NCBI GenBank assembly: GCA_951406725.2
Contig: OX597819.1
Location: forward strand, 105,214,001 to 105,278,000
Source: Octopus vulgaris
Lineage: Eukaryota
Direction of reading: 5' to 3'
Length of the DNA: 64,000 nucleotides
The notes below the pieces were generated by a model, which searched no databases, was not told where the DNA came from, and worked only from the letters and a program-made list of their open reading frames with translations. Below are positions 12,064 to 61,809 of this stretch, piece after piece (within the stretch, counting starts at the first letter, position 1; each line of letters opens with the position of its first letter). The position numbers and the translations under genes are program-made.

Positions 12064-14896
12064 TTATCTGTCTATGTATCTATCTTTCTATAAGGAAAAC
12101 CCAGCTAAGTAGATTCTTTGAATCTTTCCAAAACATATTTTCAAGTTAATCTTTCATACATTAATTGATAGAACTTGTGATAAAACACATTGACACACCT
12201 AAGATATTTGGAATACTGAATTATTAATCACGATTTTATTCAAAGTGAGGATGACATCCAAATATTTCCTACCTCAAACATCTTCTATAAGTTGTATACC
12301 CCTCCAGCGTCTTTCTTGCTTTTATTTTATTTTCTTGAGGTTTTTTGTCAATTGTTTGAATAAAATAAACTTTGAAGAGGAAGATTAGAAAATATAACTT
12401 TTCTAGTCCTTACAAATCATGGTAGTGACATTACTGGTATAGTGCCTTGTGGTATTCTGTAACATCCTTATGTCCTTTTCTATTCTGAGTTCAAATTCTG
12501 ACTGGACCAACTTCACCTTTTTGCCCTTCTTGGGTTGATAATGATTAATTTTCATATGTTTATTCTTCCTACAATATTTATGGTTGTACACCAATGTTAG
12601 AAATCGTTAATAACACTGCAAATTAAGGTAGTGATGCAACAGAATTGTTAGCATGTTGGGCAAAATGATTAGTTGCATTTCTTCCAGCTCTTTACATTCT
12701 GAGTTCAAATTCTGCCATGGTTGACTTTATCCTTGATCCTTTGAGCATTGGGTTCAATGTGATCATCTTACCTCCTCCCCTAAAATTGCTGGCTATGTAC
12801 CAAAAATATTACTATTAATTTACACTGCAAATTAAGGGTCATGGATTGAGAGAATCAGTGGCATGATATGCAAAATGCCTGTGGTATTTAATTATGTCCA
12901 TCTAAGTTTTAAGCTTTCATCTTTCTGGAATCAGTGAAGTCAGTATTTGTTACTGTGTAAAGTACAGTGTTTGATTGAATTTAAAATTTGGGGACAGTTC
13001 CTGTGCTGGAATTTTCTGACATTTCAAATGTCTTTACTATAGTTGTATTTTGACATAAAGTCAATTACATCAGAATAATAATATAGTAGCAGGAACATGA
13101 GACTATGACATTTATTCCTTTCCCATGCTAAGGGCAAAAACCCCCTAAGAAACATTGAACTTAGAATAGAAACCAAACTGCAAGATCAGTGCTTGAAGGA
13201 TTTAGTGTGGCATCACAACATGCATCATTTCTTACTTAGATGGCCAACCCATGCCAGCATGTAGAATGGACGTTAAATGATGATGATAATGATAATGATG
13301 ATGTTGTCATTATTGCTATAATGCCCACTTCTCCATGCTTGTGTGGGTCAGATAAAATTTGCAAAGGCATATATTTTTATAGTCAGATGCTCCTCCTGTT
13401 GCCAATCCTCACCTGTTTCCAAGCAAGGTAATATTTCACCTGGTCCTTCAAGCAGGAATAGCACAGTGGCTGGGTATGTTTACATGGAACATTGTAATGG
13501 AACAGCATTGCTTGTATAATGATGATGTTTATTTACAATTAGTGTATGATGTCCAGACAAAAAGACACCAAAACACAGTGTGCTTGTATAGACATATATA
13601 CACATACACATACAATAGGATTCTTTCAGTTTCTCTCTACTAAATTCACTCATAAGGCTGTAAGTGGTCTGAAGCTATAGTAGAAGACACCCAAATTACC
13701 ATGCTGCAGGACTGAGCCTGAAGCCTTATAATTGCAAAGTGAGCTACAACAATACAGCTATGCCTGCACCTATTATGATGCTCCATATTTAGAGTAAGAA
13801 AAAAAGATGAGTTGTATCATTAATGCCTTTCTCAGTGTAATTTGAGATATAAGTAAAGGGGTGCCTGCTTGAAATTAAAAAAAGACAAAAATTATGTAAC
13901 GGGTTTATTCTGAACCTATTACCATAACAGTGTACTTAGTTAAATGTGAGCCTCTACAGGCTGCTAAATTTCCTAGAAATACTAGGCAGATTCAAGGCTT
14001 TTGATCACAGGTGACCTGGGACTAAACAGCAATGGTGTGGAGAATCTCAGTTATTCAAAGATGAGTATTCAGTTGATTGATCAACTGAATTATCTGCTCT
14101 TTAATTAAAATTGTGGCTGAGTATTCCTCAGATCTACCTTTAATGTAATTCTCAGGCAGAATCAATGTAAAACAGTGTGTAACAAGATTTGCACTTTTTG
14201 AATTATTAGTACAATCCACCCAACAGGCTTCTGTCCAGTCTCCATCTACCCAGTTTCACTCATAACATATGGATTGACTTAGGACTACAGAAAAGGACAT
14301 CTGTCCATGCAGTGGGTTTGAACCTGGGATTTCATTGCTGCCAAAGCAAACTTCTTAACCATTCAGCCATAGTGCACCCACTAAATAACAGTAACATCAA
14401 TTTAAAGACTATGTATGTATAGAATATAAAAGAACTAGGTATGGTCTGCATTGGCTAATCACAGGTGATTATGAAAATTATCAACAAAAACTAAAAAATT
14501 GAAATCATGATCATCATTGTCGTCATCACCATCACTTCTGCTGCTACCATACTTTCCCATACTTGCATGGGTCAGATGGAATTTGTTGAGGCAGATTTTC
14601 TATGGTCAGATGCCTTTTCTGACATCAACCCTCACCTGTACGACAATAGTGTTAATTTATAACAATCATGTGATGTCTAGAGAAGGTTATGTACATACAG
14701 ACCTGTCAGTGCTGATGCCATGTAAAAAGCATCCAGTCCACATTGTAAAATGGTTAGCATTTGGAAAGGCATCCAGCAATAAAAACTATGCCAAAACTGA
14801 CCTCACCAGTGCTGGTGGCATGTAAAAAGCACTCAGTCCACTCTGCTGGGTGGTTGGTGTTTGGAAGGGCATCTATGCCAAAACAGACACAGATGT

Positions 14897-16218
14897 CTGA
14901 TGGAATTGTGTGTCAGAGAAACACTCTGGAACTTCTGGAGCTCTCACAGTCTCATCTGACCCTCACAATATGGATTTGTCCCTAACTCCAGCTGCAGTGA
15001 TCAGCTTGTCGAGTTCCTTGAGGACATTACTCAGATCACTGACAGTGGCTCATGGGTGGATGTTGTCTACCTTGACTTTGCTAAGGCTTTCAACTCTGTG
15101 CCACACAAAAGGCTTATGGTGAAACTCTCTGCAATGGGTGTGAGGGATGACCTTTTTAACTGGTTGAAATCCGTCATTCTCAGCCGAAAGGAGGTAGTCA
15201 CAGTTCTAGGACAGCATTCTACACCATATGAGATGTCATCGGGTGTACCACAGGGATCTGTCCTTGGTCCCCTCTTGTTTGTGGCATACATTAATGACAT
15301 AGATGCCAATTTAAAGAATGCCACAGTATTGAAATATGCAGACGACATCAAGCTGTACCTTGAAATCAAGAGGACAGATCCTGATGTCTACAACTCTTTC
15401 CTGCAATCAGACCTAGACACAATGCAGCAATGGATCACAGACTGGCAACTGAAACTGGCTGTGGACAAGTGTACCACCATGCATTTTGGGAGAAAAAACC
15501 CTGCGTCCACATACTCCCTCCACAACACTGATATCAAGAAATCCTCTTGCGAGCGTGACCTAGGCATCACTGTCAGCAGTGATTTGCGCGTTGGACAAAG
15601 CATATCTCTAAAATTGTCAAGAAGGCCGAGGGTGTCTTGGCATCACTCAGCAAGACTTTTGTTAGCCGCTCTCCAGCTATCTATTTAAAACTGTATACAG
15701 CTATGGTATGACCACACTTGGAATTCACATCTTCAGTTTGGAACCCCTATCTTGCTCAGAACATTGACCTCCTGAAATCTGTCCAGGGACGTGCAACCAA
15801 ACGCATACCCTCCATCAGACACCTACCATATTCTGAGCGCCTTGTTTCCCTGGGCATGGATTCACTGAAGCTCCGGCATCTGGCGATGGACTTGGTAAAC
15901 ACCCACAAAGTTATCAACCACCTCACCAACAACAACACTGAACACCTTTTTGATCTCCATGTGTCTAACATACGTGGACATGCCTACAAAGTCAGAAAAC
16001 AACACAGCTCCCATGACTTTCAGAAACATTTTTTCACGCTCAGAGTTGCTGAAGCATGGAATAAACTGCCTGTGTCAGTTGTTGACTGCCATGACACTGC
16101 ATCCTTTAAGGCCCTCATGTTTCCGAAATCCGCCAAAACTACACCTGATTATATATACACTTTAGATGAGTTGTAGTTAACCTGAGCACTGTACACAATT
16201 ATTATTATTATTATTATA
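14897..16218 (+). mobile_element. 5'-truncated, disrupted CR1/L2-type LINE (reverse transcriptase 3' half plus (TTA)n tail)
   Basis: QYGF, VVYLDFAKAF, SGVPQGSVLGPLLF, YADD (15335-15346), ERDLGI and WNKLP motifs; frameshift near 15590 and in-frame stops; tta tail 16199-16218; interrupts a family C copy. Confidence 0.9.
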
Positions 16219-16312
16219 AGTCTAATGTAGCCTTCTGTCTAGCCAGCTCCTGTCAAATTGCCCAACCCATGCCAGTGTAGGAGGTGGATGTTAAATAATG
16301 ATGATATATATA

Positions 16313-16346
<34 letters not shown>

Positions 16347-16347
<1 letters not shown>

Positions 16348-17636
16348 GAGGGGCGTTCAATAAGTAATGCCCCTGACCCACTTCCCATAGCAGTAGAGCA
16401 ACGAAACTTGGCACAGTTATTAGTCTTTTTCTACATAGGAACCACCCAGAGTTATGCATTTCTCCCATCGTTTGATGCGGCTCTGGAGACCGTTTTTGTA
16501 GAAGAACCCAGGTTGGTCCTCCAACCTCAACGTGACTTCAGAAATCAAGGCTGCATCATCTGGGAAACGCTTTCCTTTCAAAAACAACTTCGTGATTGGG
16601 AAGAGGGGAAAATCAGAGGGTGCAAGGTCAGGAGAGTAGGGGGATGGGGAGGAGTTCATAGCCATACGCCTGTGCTTCTGATCTGGCGACAAGCGAGTTG
16701 TGGACCGGAGCGTTGTCCTGCAGGAGGAGGATGCCTTTGCTGAACTTGCCCCGCCTCTTGATTTTGATAACTTCTCTTAATTTCCTCAAAAGTGAAGCAT
16801 AATAGGCTCCTGCAATTGTGGTACCCTTTGCCAGGAAATCTGTCATCACTACTCCGTCCTGGTCCCAGAAGACTGTGAGCATGACCTTGCCAGTGGAGGG
16901 CTGCACCCTTGCCTTCTTTGGAGGGGGTGAGTCACGGTGCTTCCACTGCATTGACTGGGCTTTGGTCTCTGGATCATCGTGATGGACCCAGGTTTCATCC
17001 TGTGTAATCAGTCTTTTGAAAAATTTTGACTCGTCTTCTTCGCACATCTCCAAATTCACCCTCGAGCACTCGACGCGTTCTTGCTTCTGGAAAGGCGTGA
17101 GCAACCTGGGAATCCATCTGGCAGACACCTTTTGCATATGCAAATGGTCATGAATGATAGTTTCCACAGACCCGGTACTAATCTTGACCTCATGGGCTAT
17201 TTGGCGAATAATTATGCGTTGATCTTCCAAAATGGCAGCCTCAACTTGACGGACAGATGCCTCATCAATGGCAGAAGGGGGCGACCAGATCTGGGAGCTG
17301 TTTCCACAGAGTTCCGACCATGTTTGAATTCACGATGCCAGCGTTTTACAAGGTCATATGATGGGGCATCATCACCATAAGTTACTTTCATTTCATCAAA
17401 AGTCTCCCGTGGTGTGCGTCCATTCAAATATAAAAACTGGATCACTGCTCGACACTCAACAGGCTCCATTTCACACTTGACTCGGTTCAAACACCTGTAA
17501 ATCAGAAACCACAATTAATTCAGAGCTGTAATTTGCCACTTACTCTATAGAGATATAAATGATTGCACATGCAAAATTTCAGCTAGATCAAACAACTGCA
17601 AGTGGGTCAGAGGCATTACTTATTGAACGTCCCTCG
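16347..17636 (-). mobile_element. Full-length mariner (Tc1/mariner DD34D) transposon, 1290 bp
   Basis: 37-bp TIRs cgaggggcgttcaataagtaatgcccctgacccactt with 2 mismatches, TA on both sides, inside a (TA)n tract. Confidence 0.95.
16420..17469 (-). pseudogene. Frameshifted mariner transposase
   Basis: Three overlapping ORFs: MEPVECRAVIQFL...; WIPRLL, TQDETW and QDNAPVH; YSPDLAPSDF...GGSYVEKD*. Two frameshifts. Confidence 0.92.
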
Positions 17637-19196
17637 TATATATATATATATAATCTGATGGGTTCTTTCAGTTTCCTTCTACCAAATTCACTTTGCTGTT
17701 CCCTCTTGGGCTCTGGTTGAGGACACTTGTCCAAGGTACTCTGTATTGAGCTGAACTCAAACCACAGTTGTAAAGTGAACATTTAATCTTACCACCAAGC
17801 CTGTGCTCAACAGTTAAAATTTGTGTCATGCAGTAAATGTAGGCTACTAAGAAGTAGAAAAAACAGCTTGTCATTATTTTTTAGTTCCAGGTCCACCTTG
17901 ACTTAAAATGAAAAACATTCCAACTACAAACATTCTTTCTCTGTTTAGGTTTCACATGTATCCTTATTTTTTCCCCAAAGATTATAAGGTGTAGTTTAAA
18001 AGGTATTTTGTTCTACTACTTTTAATGTGTTGAGTGACCATGTAGAGGGAGGCATCCTTACTGTGTTGTGTAGCTTGTCAGAATCAACACTAGATACTTC
18101 TCTTATTTATACCCCCAGTCTGCAAGGCCTGGATCTCAGTAATGTTGTTTTAGTTTGTAGTAGTATTTTTATATTCTAATACTTTGTTCCAATTATACTA
18201 AAACCAGCTCTTTACACACATGTAAGCATATTATACACTGCAAGGGTGCAGAATGACAAATTGATTGGGTAACTGTCAGTCAGTACAAGCATCAGTGGTT
18301 TATATCCTGTTTCAACGAGTACAATCACTGGTTCACTCTATTGATAAGAGTCTCTGTACCCCAGTGTTACAGATATGTTTTTCAAGTAGAGGTATATAAT
18401 GCAATTATATGTATGTGTGTATGTACATACGTATGTGTACATGTGTATGTATGCATGTGCAGGGACGTGAAAATACCTGAACTGGTGTCCAGGTGCGGGG
18501 CTGGCCCACTGGGAGTGGGAGGCCCCTCTGTTGTTGTCACAACATCTCTCTAGGAGATGGAAACTCCGAGAGAAATCCTGTGACATTGGCAATACTTGGT
18601 GATGAAGGCTAGTTCTTTTTGAGTTTATGTTGTCCGTGTTCAAAGAGTGGGATTGTATTTGTGCAAGTCCTTTCCCCACTATAAAAAATCATCATGCCCA
18701 GGCATCTCTTGAAAAAAAATAAAGTAAGACCTATTACAAAAATGGCTGGTTGTAGCCTTCACATGTCTGGGACTTTTTGATCAGACGGTGGCAAAACTCA
18801 AACACAAGTTTGCAGCCAACATGTATATGCAGGGTGTGTCAGCTTTTTGAGAACAAAATTTTAATTTAAGGAAAACAAAAATACTTATTAGAAAAACCAA
18901 TATATTTTTATAGAATTTGATACACTTGTTTATGTATGCATATTGCAAAAGGCTATTCAATAAAACCACCACCACCACCAGCCTCGATTACTACCTCAAC
19001 ATGGCTGCTGAAATTATTAAATGCGTCGATCTGATGATCTTTATTCGTGTTGGCCGTATCATCCCCAATAGCAAACATTGAATTTTTTGCAAAGCAGCTG
19101 TGATTTACTATCATTTGTAATCTTCTCAAGATGTCCATTATTTTCTAAGAAACCTTCCCTCCTCATTCCTAATTCTTTACTTTCTCTATTCAACAG

Positions 19197-54408
<35,212 letters not shown>

Positions 54409-57348
54409 AACTAACAGAGGAGGGCCTGGTTCTTCTCCTTGATCATCATCATTATCATCATTGTCGTCATTATTATTATTGTTGCTGTTATTATTATAAT
54501 TATTTTTATTATTATTATTATTATTAAATCCCACTGAAGTTGACTTTTTTTTTTCCTCCCTCTGGAGAGGTTGGAGTGGGCCAATAAAGTACCAGTCGAG
54601 TACAGGGAACCCGAAGCAATTTCATCAACTGAGCCCATCCCACTCCTCAATGTTTGTGGCTTTGTGCCAAAGTTAGAAATAATTACCATTGTTGTTATTG
54701 TTATTATATCATTATTAATCATTACTATTATTATTATTATTACTACTTTTATTATTTTATTTTCAAATTCATAAAAAAAACTCTTTCAAAAAAAGTTGTG
54801 ATGAATAACCTTGTTAGTGCTACCCCGCCACCCTTACCACAGAGAGGAAAGAAAAGTTGTTTCTAATCTCACTTCTTCCTCTTTCCTCATCACCAGTTGA
54901 AGGCTGTGACAGCTATACGAATTCTATAAGCCCCCCCCCAACTCTTCATCCTCTCCTTCCATTTCACCTCATCCTTCCTTCAACTTCTTACTTTATCCAC
55001 CACCACCACCACCACCAATGCCACCGCCACAAATGCAACCGCCTCCACCGCCAATGCTACCACCAACAACACCACTATCATCATCATTCTATACCATCTT
55101 GCCAATTACTATCACTTTTAAATTCTCTTTATTTCTTTTTCCGTTTTCCTTTTTTTGTGTTGGTTACAGAATTATTTGTTTCTTCATCATTTTTGGTTTG
55201 CCAATATATCATGTTATTTTATGATGGTGATAACGATGATTATGATGAATATTTGTATGTGTCTATATATATATATATATGTTTGTGTATATATATATAT
55301 ATATATTCATGTATACATATGTGTATGTGTGTGTGTTTGAGAACCATTTATTTTTCTTCCCATATATACACAATTATAGGTATATATATTCCGTCCTCCC
55401 CCATGCTAACAAGGTGAAAATGAATGTTAACCTCACGGTGGTGGTGGTGGTGGTGGTGGTGATAATGATGTTGATAATGACTATGATGATGATGGTAATG
55501 TGTGTGTTTACACACACAGATGCATGTTTGTGTGTATGTGTGTGTGACTTTACATGTGTTACTATGTAATTGGCATGCATTTACACGTACTTACGAATGT
55601 GGGTACACATGCAGGCAAATTGAGACATGTATCTCAGGATATACCTGCATTTCAACACACACCCATGCACACATACATATATGCACTTGCACACATACAT
55701 ATACATGTTTGTGTATAATAAAAAAAATTTTTTTCTTTTTCTTTGGGTTTTTTTTTTATTTTTAATTTTTTTTCCAGCATAAACTTTTCTCTGCTAATCC
55801 GAACCATTTACTGTATTCCTTGTTATGTATTGTTGTGTGAGGGAATGAATGAATACTCATGAACTGGATTCTTGGATTCTTCTTGGAATGATCGCTTTGG
55901 AAAAGATTTTCTCTAGAAACTTCTTTGATTGATGGATTAGCTTAGTTTAAGCTCTTTGTCCATCATATTTCCATACTGTAACTTTCCATTAATTTCCTGA
56001 TCTCATGGTAGGATCATTGTGTGTGTGTGTGTGTGTGTGTGAAGTTTTATATGCATATCTTACAATGAACTCAAACAGTTTTTAACTGTATCTTCTCTCT
56101 ACATTCTCTTCAACTCTTTGAATGACGATGCCAGAGTGAACCTGTGATTTATTATTCTACTGTTGACCATATAAACTCAGTAGTACTGAAATCTGGTGAA
56201 TGAAAGGACCCAATCTGAGTGCTTGGTGTCTGTTTGCCACTCAGCAAATCAATTTTGTTGCAATGTTGTCTTGGATAATTCCTTCACCACTGAGGAACAG
56301 TATCTGTCTCATAGAATGCAGTTGGCTGCTTAAAATCGACCAATAGTCATTTGAAAGCAATTCTATTGTGTAACATTACTTTAGGGCAAGGAGAAAGCCA
56401 ATGTTAATGCTGCTGAAATCATCATATTCTCCACACAATGACTTACAGTTGTGATTAGAGAGTCAGGATCAAAGATTTGTTGTTGCATTCTCCAAACATA
56501 AACCTGATTAGAATTTGGAAATAGTACGAGGACAACAATTAATGATTTTTACATTCTGAGTTCAAATCCTGTTGAAAATATCAGTAAAGTTCTGTGGTCA
56601 GTGTAATGAACTAACTCTCCCAAACTTCAGGCCTTGTGCCTATGTTAGAATATATATCCTTCTTCTATTGATTTTTCATCTGTCTTCTCTTGCTCATTAC
56701 ACCAATTTCTTTAACTTTCCACAATACTTCTCCCTTGTAGAAGTCTTACAAGTAGCAACAGTACCATAAAACTCAACTCTCTAAAGTTCTTCATGGACTG
56801 TTTTGGTGGCAGCTCTATACAGTCCTGCAGTCAACTTTGTTGTATACTAGTACACTTTTTTAGTAATAGCCATCGTTAATGTCAACCTGCCCCAATTTCT
56901 GAGCTTCCTTTTTTTATTTGGAGTTGAAAGACAAAATATCACTTTCAGCACTGTATCTCATGAAAAGTCAATCAACATCTGGAAAAGGAAACTACTTCTA
57001 CCTGTGACCCCTAAAATATGGTCACATTGAAAATTCAACAAATCTTTTGTTAATGTAATCTTAAAATAATTGGTTTGAAAAATATGAGGTGGGGAAATTT
57101 CAAACCTGGGTTCGAAAAATAGTGATAAAAATAATTAGTTATGTTAAATATATTGTATCAGAAACAATTATCAAAAAGTTTTGTAAGTTATTAAATATTA
57201 TTATTAGTTTAATCAATCCTTGGACTCTGTTATACAAAACAAAAAAAATCATTAGTGTTTCTATTATTCTGTCCCTACCTTCTATAAGTATTTACACTTA
57301 CATGTGTATTTGTGTTTATGTCTGTCTACCTAGCCACCCACCCATTCA

Positions 57349-57349
<1 letters not shown>

Positions 57350-57427
<78 letters not shown>
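57350..57427. repeat. Compound (CT)n(TA)n microsatellite
   Basis: Seen directly. Confidence 0.95.
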
Positions 57428-57431
<4 letters not shown>

Positions 57432-57943
57432 AGTATGGTTAGTTGAAACCAGCACTGGTATCTACTCATAGTTTTCCTGTGTATTAGTCAAGCAATTCAC
57501 AAGGTTGCTATGTTATAATAGACTTTAGACTTGTCAGCTACTTATCAGCATTGTTTCGAAGTTTAATTTCACCATATCAACCTGATACTATGCATGGCAC
57601 CAGGTACACCAACAGCTGATGGTTTCAGCCAATTGAATCAAATTAATGCTTTGCTTTCTCTTTTTTTCTTTCTTTTTTAAAAATTACTGCTGGTAATATG
57701 TGCATGTGTGTATGTTTTATGTGTTTACTGTGGTTACTGTAGCCACAAATGTCTTCTGTGGTCACCCTTTGCAAAAGCAAAAGGAATGGTGTTTGGAAGA
57801 TGTGTAAGTTGTTCTTGCCAGGAGTCACGTGTTACAAATATTAATATACACCTAGGTCTCAGTGTTGGTCAGTTGATTGATAGTCATCTCTCCTATATTT
57901 TAAAATGAATTTTCGAACACCTTTCTGTCTGTCTGTCTGTCTC

Positions 57944-58016
<73 letters not shown>

Positions 58017-59774
58017 AAAAAAAAATTATTTTGATATCTAGTTAAATCTGTGATGAGAATAATGAAGAATGTGGGATATTTCTGTGGGTAGATCCTACAA
58101 GTCTTTAGTTTCTACTTGCTTTTCTGCGGTTCAAAATGGAGTTTTTTCTTCGTTCCGAATCTTTCTCCATTTCATTTTTTACCATTTCTAAATGAATTTT
58201 CAAAATATAATACTTTATTCTTTGGGGGCACATGTTATAACAGGGATTTTCGTTGAGGACCTTTGGTGCTCAGTGTTCTGTGAATGATGTAATGTGAAAA
58301 TATCTTCTGTTTAAGCAGGATGAAAGATTCCACTTTCTGTTTTGGATTCCATTTTATATGATAAATATTTTTGTAACTTCTTGTTGTTTAGCACTAGCTC
58401 AGCCTTGAGTTTAGCAAACCTTTGATGAAGGGTTTCCAGTCATGGAAACCCTTCATTTTGGATTACATTATTCAATTTTTAATATGGTTATATGTGTCTT
58501 GGATTACATTATTCAATTTTTAATATGGTTTATATGATTGATTTGAGGGAGATCTTTGTTGCTATTTCTGGCAGGCTGATTGCAGGTTTATTTGAGTTGT
58601 AGTTTTCAGTGATACTGATAACGTCAGGTATGTTAGTGTAACTCACTTTTCCATTGATATCTTTGTTTTGTTTCTTTCAACAATGTATAAAGTCTATGAG
58701 CAGTTAGCAAATGTAGATAGTGAATTGACAGCCATTAGAGATAGACTGTTTTGTGATATTTATTCTCTCTGCATTCTGGGTTCAAATTCTACCAAAGTTT
58801 GCTTTACATCCTTTCAGGGTCAGTAAAAATATAACAGTATTAATCCATATTGGTGGATTGGCAGAACTCACAGAAAATTGGATTGGATGTCTTGCAGCAT
58901 GTGTTCTAATTCTTTACACTCTGAGTTCAAATCCAGCCAAGATCAACTTAGCTTTTCATCTTTCCAGGACCAATAAAAAAAAAAATGTAGCAATCCAAGG
59001 TGGCAGATTCATGGAATTGTAAGAACATTGGACTGGGTTCCTTGTGGTATTTGTTCTGGCTCTTTGCATTCTAAGTTCAAATCCTGCTATCATCTACTTG
59101 GATGGGAGACTTGATCAGATGCTTGGTTCAACACCACTACCTGGTACCTTGGGTATCTTTAGCAAAGCCCACTTTCTAGCAAACATTTGGGTCAGGCATC
59201 TGGTTTGAGAATACCTTCCCTCCCATTAGTCTTGGAGATCCTGTAAAGAGTCATAAATACAGCCTTTCTTCCCAACTAAAAATAATTTTTTTTAAATGTT
59301 CACAATGGTAAGGAAATTTTCTGCTTTTAAGTTTCATACATGTCATACAATATTACATTTAAGGTTAATAATTTATCATTTGTAAATGAGCTTATTTCTG
59401 GTGTTAGAGTGAATATGTATTGATTTTAGTGTACTGAAGAGTTTATTGACAAGTGTTTCACTCCAGTTGGCATATCATAATAGTGACTCCTACACTAAAC
59501 TCAAAATCTCTAATCTTTGTTTTGAATCCATGCATATACATCCCTTGCTGTCACACTAGAATTAATACAATCACAGTCAATGACAGAATGATCTTAGAGC
59601 AGAGTGGAATATGGTGACATATCCAGGAAGCAAGATCTATAAAGTATTGCTGATAAGTATTTAATTCTCTCCATTAATAAGTTTGATGGTGAAGACCTAA
59701 GGTCTAACTTGAGCTACTTAGCAACCAACCAGCATCAAATGCAGAGCCAGTGAAAACATCAGATAATAATTATA

Positions 59775-60410
59775 GTTTCAGATTTTGGTACAAGGTCAGC
59801 AATTTCAGGGAAGGGGATAAGTTGATGACATTGACCCTGTGCTTGACTGGCACTTATATTATCAAACCCAAAATGCTGAAAGGCAAATTTGACCTTGGTG
59901 GAATTTGAACTCAGAATATTAAGACAGGTCGTATGCTGTTAAGCATTTTGCCCTGTGTGTTAACAATTTTGCCAGCTCACCACCTATTTCTTTACTACCC
60001 ACTATGGGCTAAACACAGAGAGGACAAACTAGGACAGACAAATGGATTAAGTCGATCATATCGACTCCAGTGCGTAACTGGTACTTATTTAATTGACCCT
60101 GAAAGGATGAAAGGCAAAGTCGACCTCGGCGGAATTTGAACTCAGAATGTAGCGGCAGACGAAATACCGCTAAGCATTTCACCCGGCATACTAACGTTTC
60201 TGCCAGCTCACCACCTTAGCCTGATTTAGGCACAAGGCTTGCAATTTTGAGAATTAGTTGATACAAGTGACACCAGTACTTGGCTCATACTTTACTTTAT
60301 TGACCAAAGATGCATGAAAGTCAGGGGTTTGAACACAAAATGCAAAGAACCAAAACAAATTCTACAAAGCATTTCTGATGATGATTTAATGATTCTGCCA
60401 GCTCGTTGCT
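59775..60410 (-). mobile_element. Three tandem family A SINE copies
   Basis: Body motifs repeat at about 59785, 59990 and 60228; the middle copy is CpG-intact. Confidence 0.8.
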
Positions 60411-61809
60411 TTTATAGTGATAAGAAAAGTTGTATGATAATAGATGTGGTCTGCCCATTCGATACCATGGTGAAATAAAAAGAACATAAGATTAATAAAC
60501 TCTAGGATCTTAAGTGGGAAGTAAAAAGACTCTGGAACTTCAAGGAGGTAATGACAATTTCTGTGTCTGAAAATATCACCAAGTGGCTTTCCATAATCAG
60601 TGGGACAAATAACTTTGTGACAATGCAAAAAGCATGTCTCCTTGGTACAGTTAGAGTCTATGCATTATATATCTGAAAACAAGGGTCGTTTCTTGATGCT
60701 CAGAAAACAAAATGGGTAATATCACTAATACCGCAGTTATGCAAATGCAGAATAATAATGATAATGGTGATGATTGTTATCATCATTTTAGCTTCCACTT
60801 TTCCATGCTTGCATGGGTCAGATAGAATTGGTTGAGGTAGATTTCTATGACTGGATGCCCTTCTTGTTTCCAAGCTAGGTGACATTTCCTCATGGTCAGA
60901 CATGTTTTCACAGTAAAAATGGAAATGAATAACATTCATTTATAATTATCATGAGATGTCATGACAAAGAGGACACAAACACACTTATATATACATATAT
61001 GACAGGGTTTTTTTTCAGTTTCCATCTACCAAATTCACTCATAGGGCTTTAGTTAGCCTTGGGTGATTTGAGAAGACACTTGTCCAGGTGCCATTTTGTG
61101 GGATTGAACCCAGAACCATGTAGTTGGGAAGTAAACTTCTTAACCACATAGCTCTGCTGATGATGATAATGGTTTCTATGGGTAATAGATGAGAAATATT
61201 GCAAAGTCAAATTTCCAAAAAATTGGGACTTTAGCAGAATTGATTATGACCCTCATTTCCCCTAAAATACATTGGAGAAATAAAAGTATAGAAAGGGTGA
61301 AAGCAGATGTGTCAGAAGACAGACACATAGGGTCAATCAAGGACACCCCCTTCCCCAATCCAAGTTTCAGCTTAATTATCAAAAGCAAGTACCCTCTCCT
61401 GGCTGCGTGTTTATGGCCTACAGGTGCAGACTGAGAACAAGCTTATTTACCTAAGCCATTCTCACCATACCCCCCCCCCATTTCAGCAACTTCACTCTAG
61501 AGTAGCTTCTCCTTCTCCAGCCTCACTTTTCTCTCCAGTTGGGAGTTGAAGAACTTGATGAGGGATTGGTTAAAAAGGTAAGTCGTCTGCTGCCTCTTGT
61601 ACTTTTAATCTTGTCCACCATACAATGTTATTCTTCATTGCTATGGGACAGGAAAACTGACTTTCTTTCCTGACCAAAGCACAGAGCCATAAATTTATGA
61701 GGTGGGTGGGTGAATTTGACTTTAACAACTCTGGTATTTAACTATTTCTTATTTATCAACACCTGATGGATGAAAAGCAAAGATGGTCTCAGTAGGAAAT
61801 AGTAGTAAT

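Noticed and set aside
18459-18770. Possible DNA transposon with cagggacgtgaa / ttcacatgtctg ends
   Set aside because: Weak TIR match and no TSD.
1-19196. Upstream GALNT2 exons (transmembrane, stem, TSVVITFHNEARS)
   Set aside because: No matching codon string with splice signals found by eye; they probably lie left of the window, although a short divergent exon could have been missed.
54857-55765. His/Pro/Cys-rich ORFs after GALNT2
   Set aside because: Translations of microsatellite tracts, with no domain signal.
58420-58460. SECIS element
   Set aside because: The perfect stem lacks the GA-quartet and apical AA geometry, and GALNT2 has no in-frame UGA needing readthrough.
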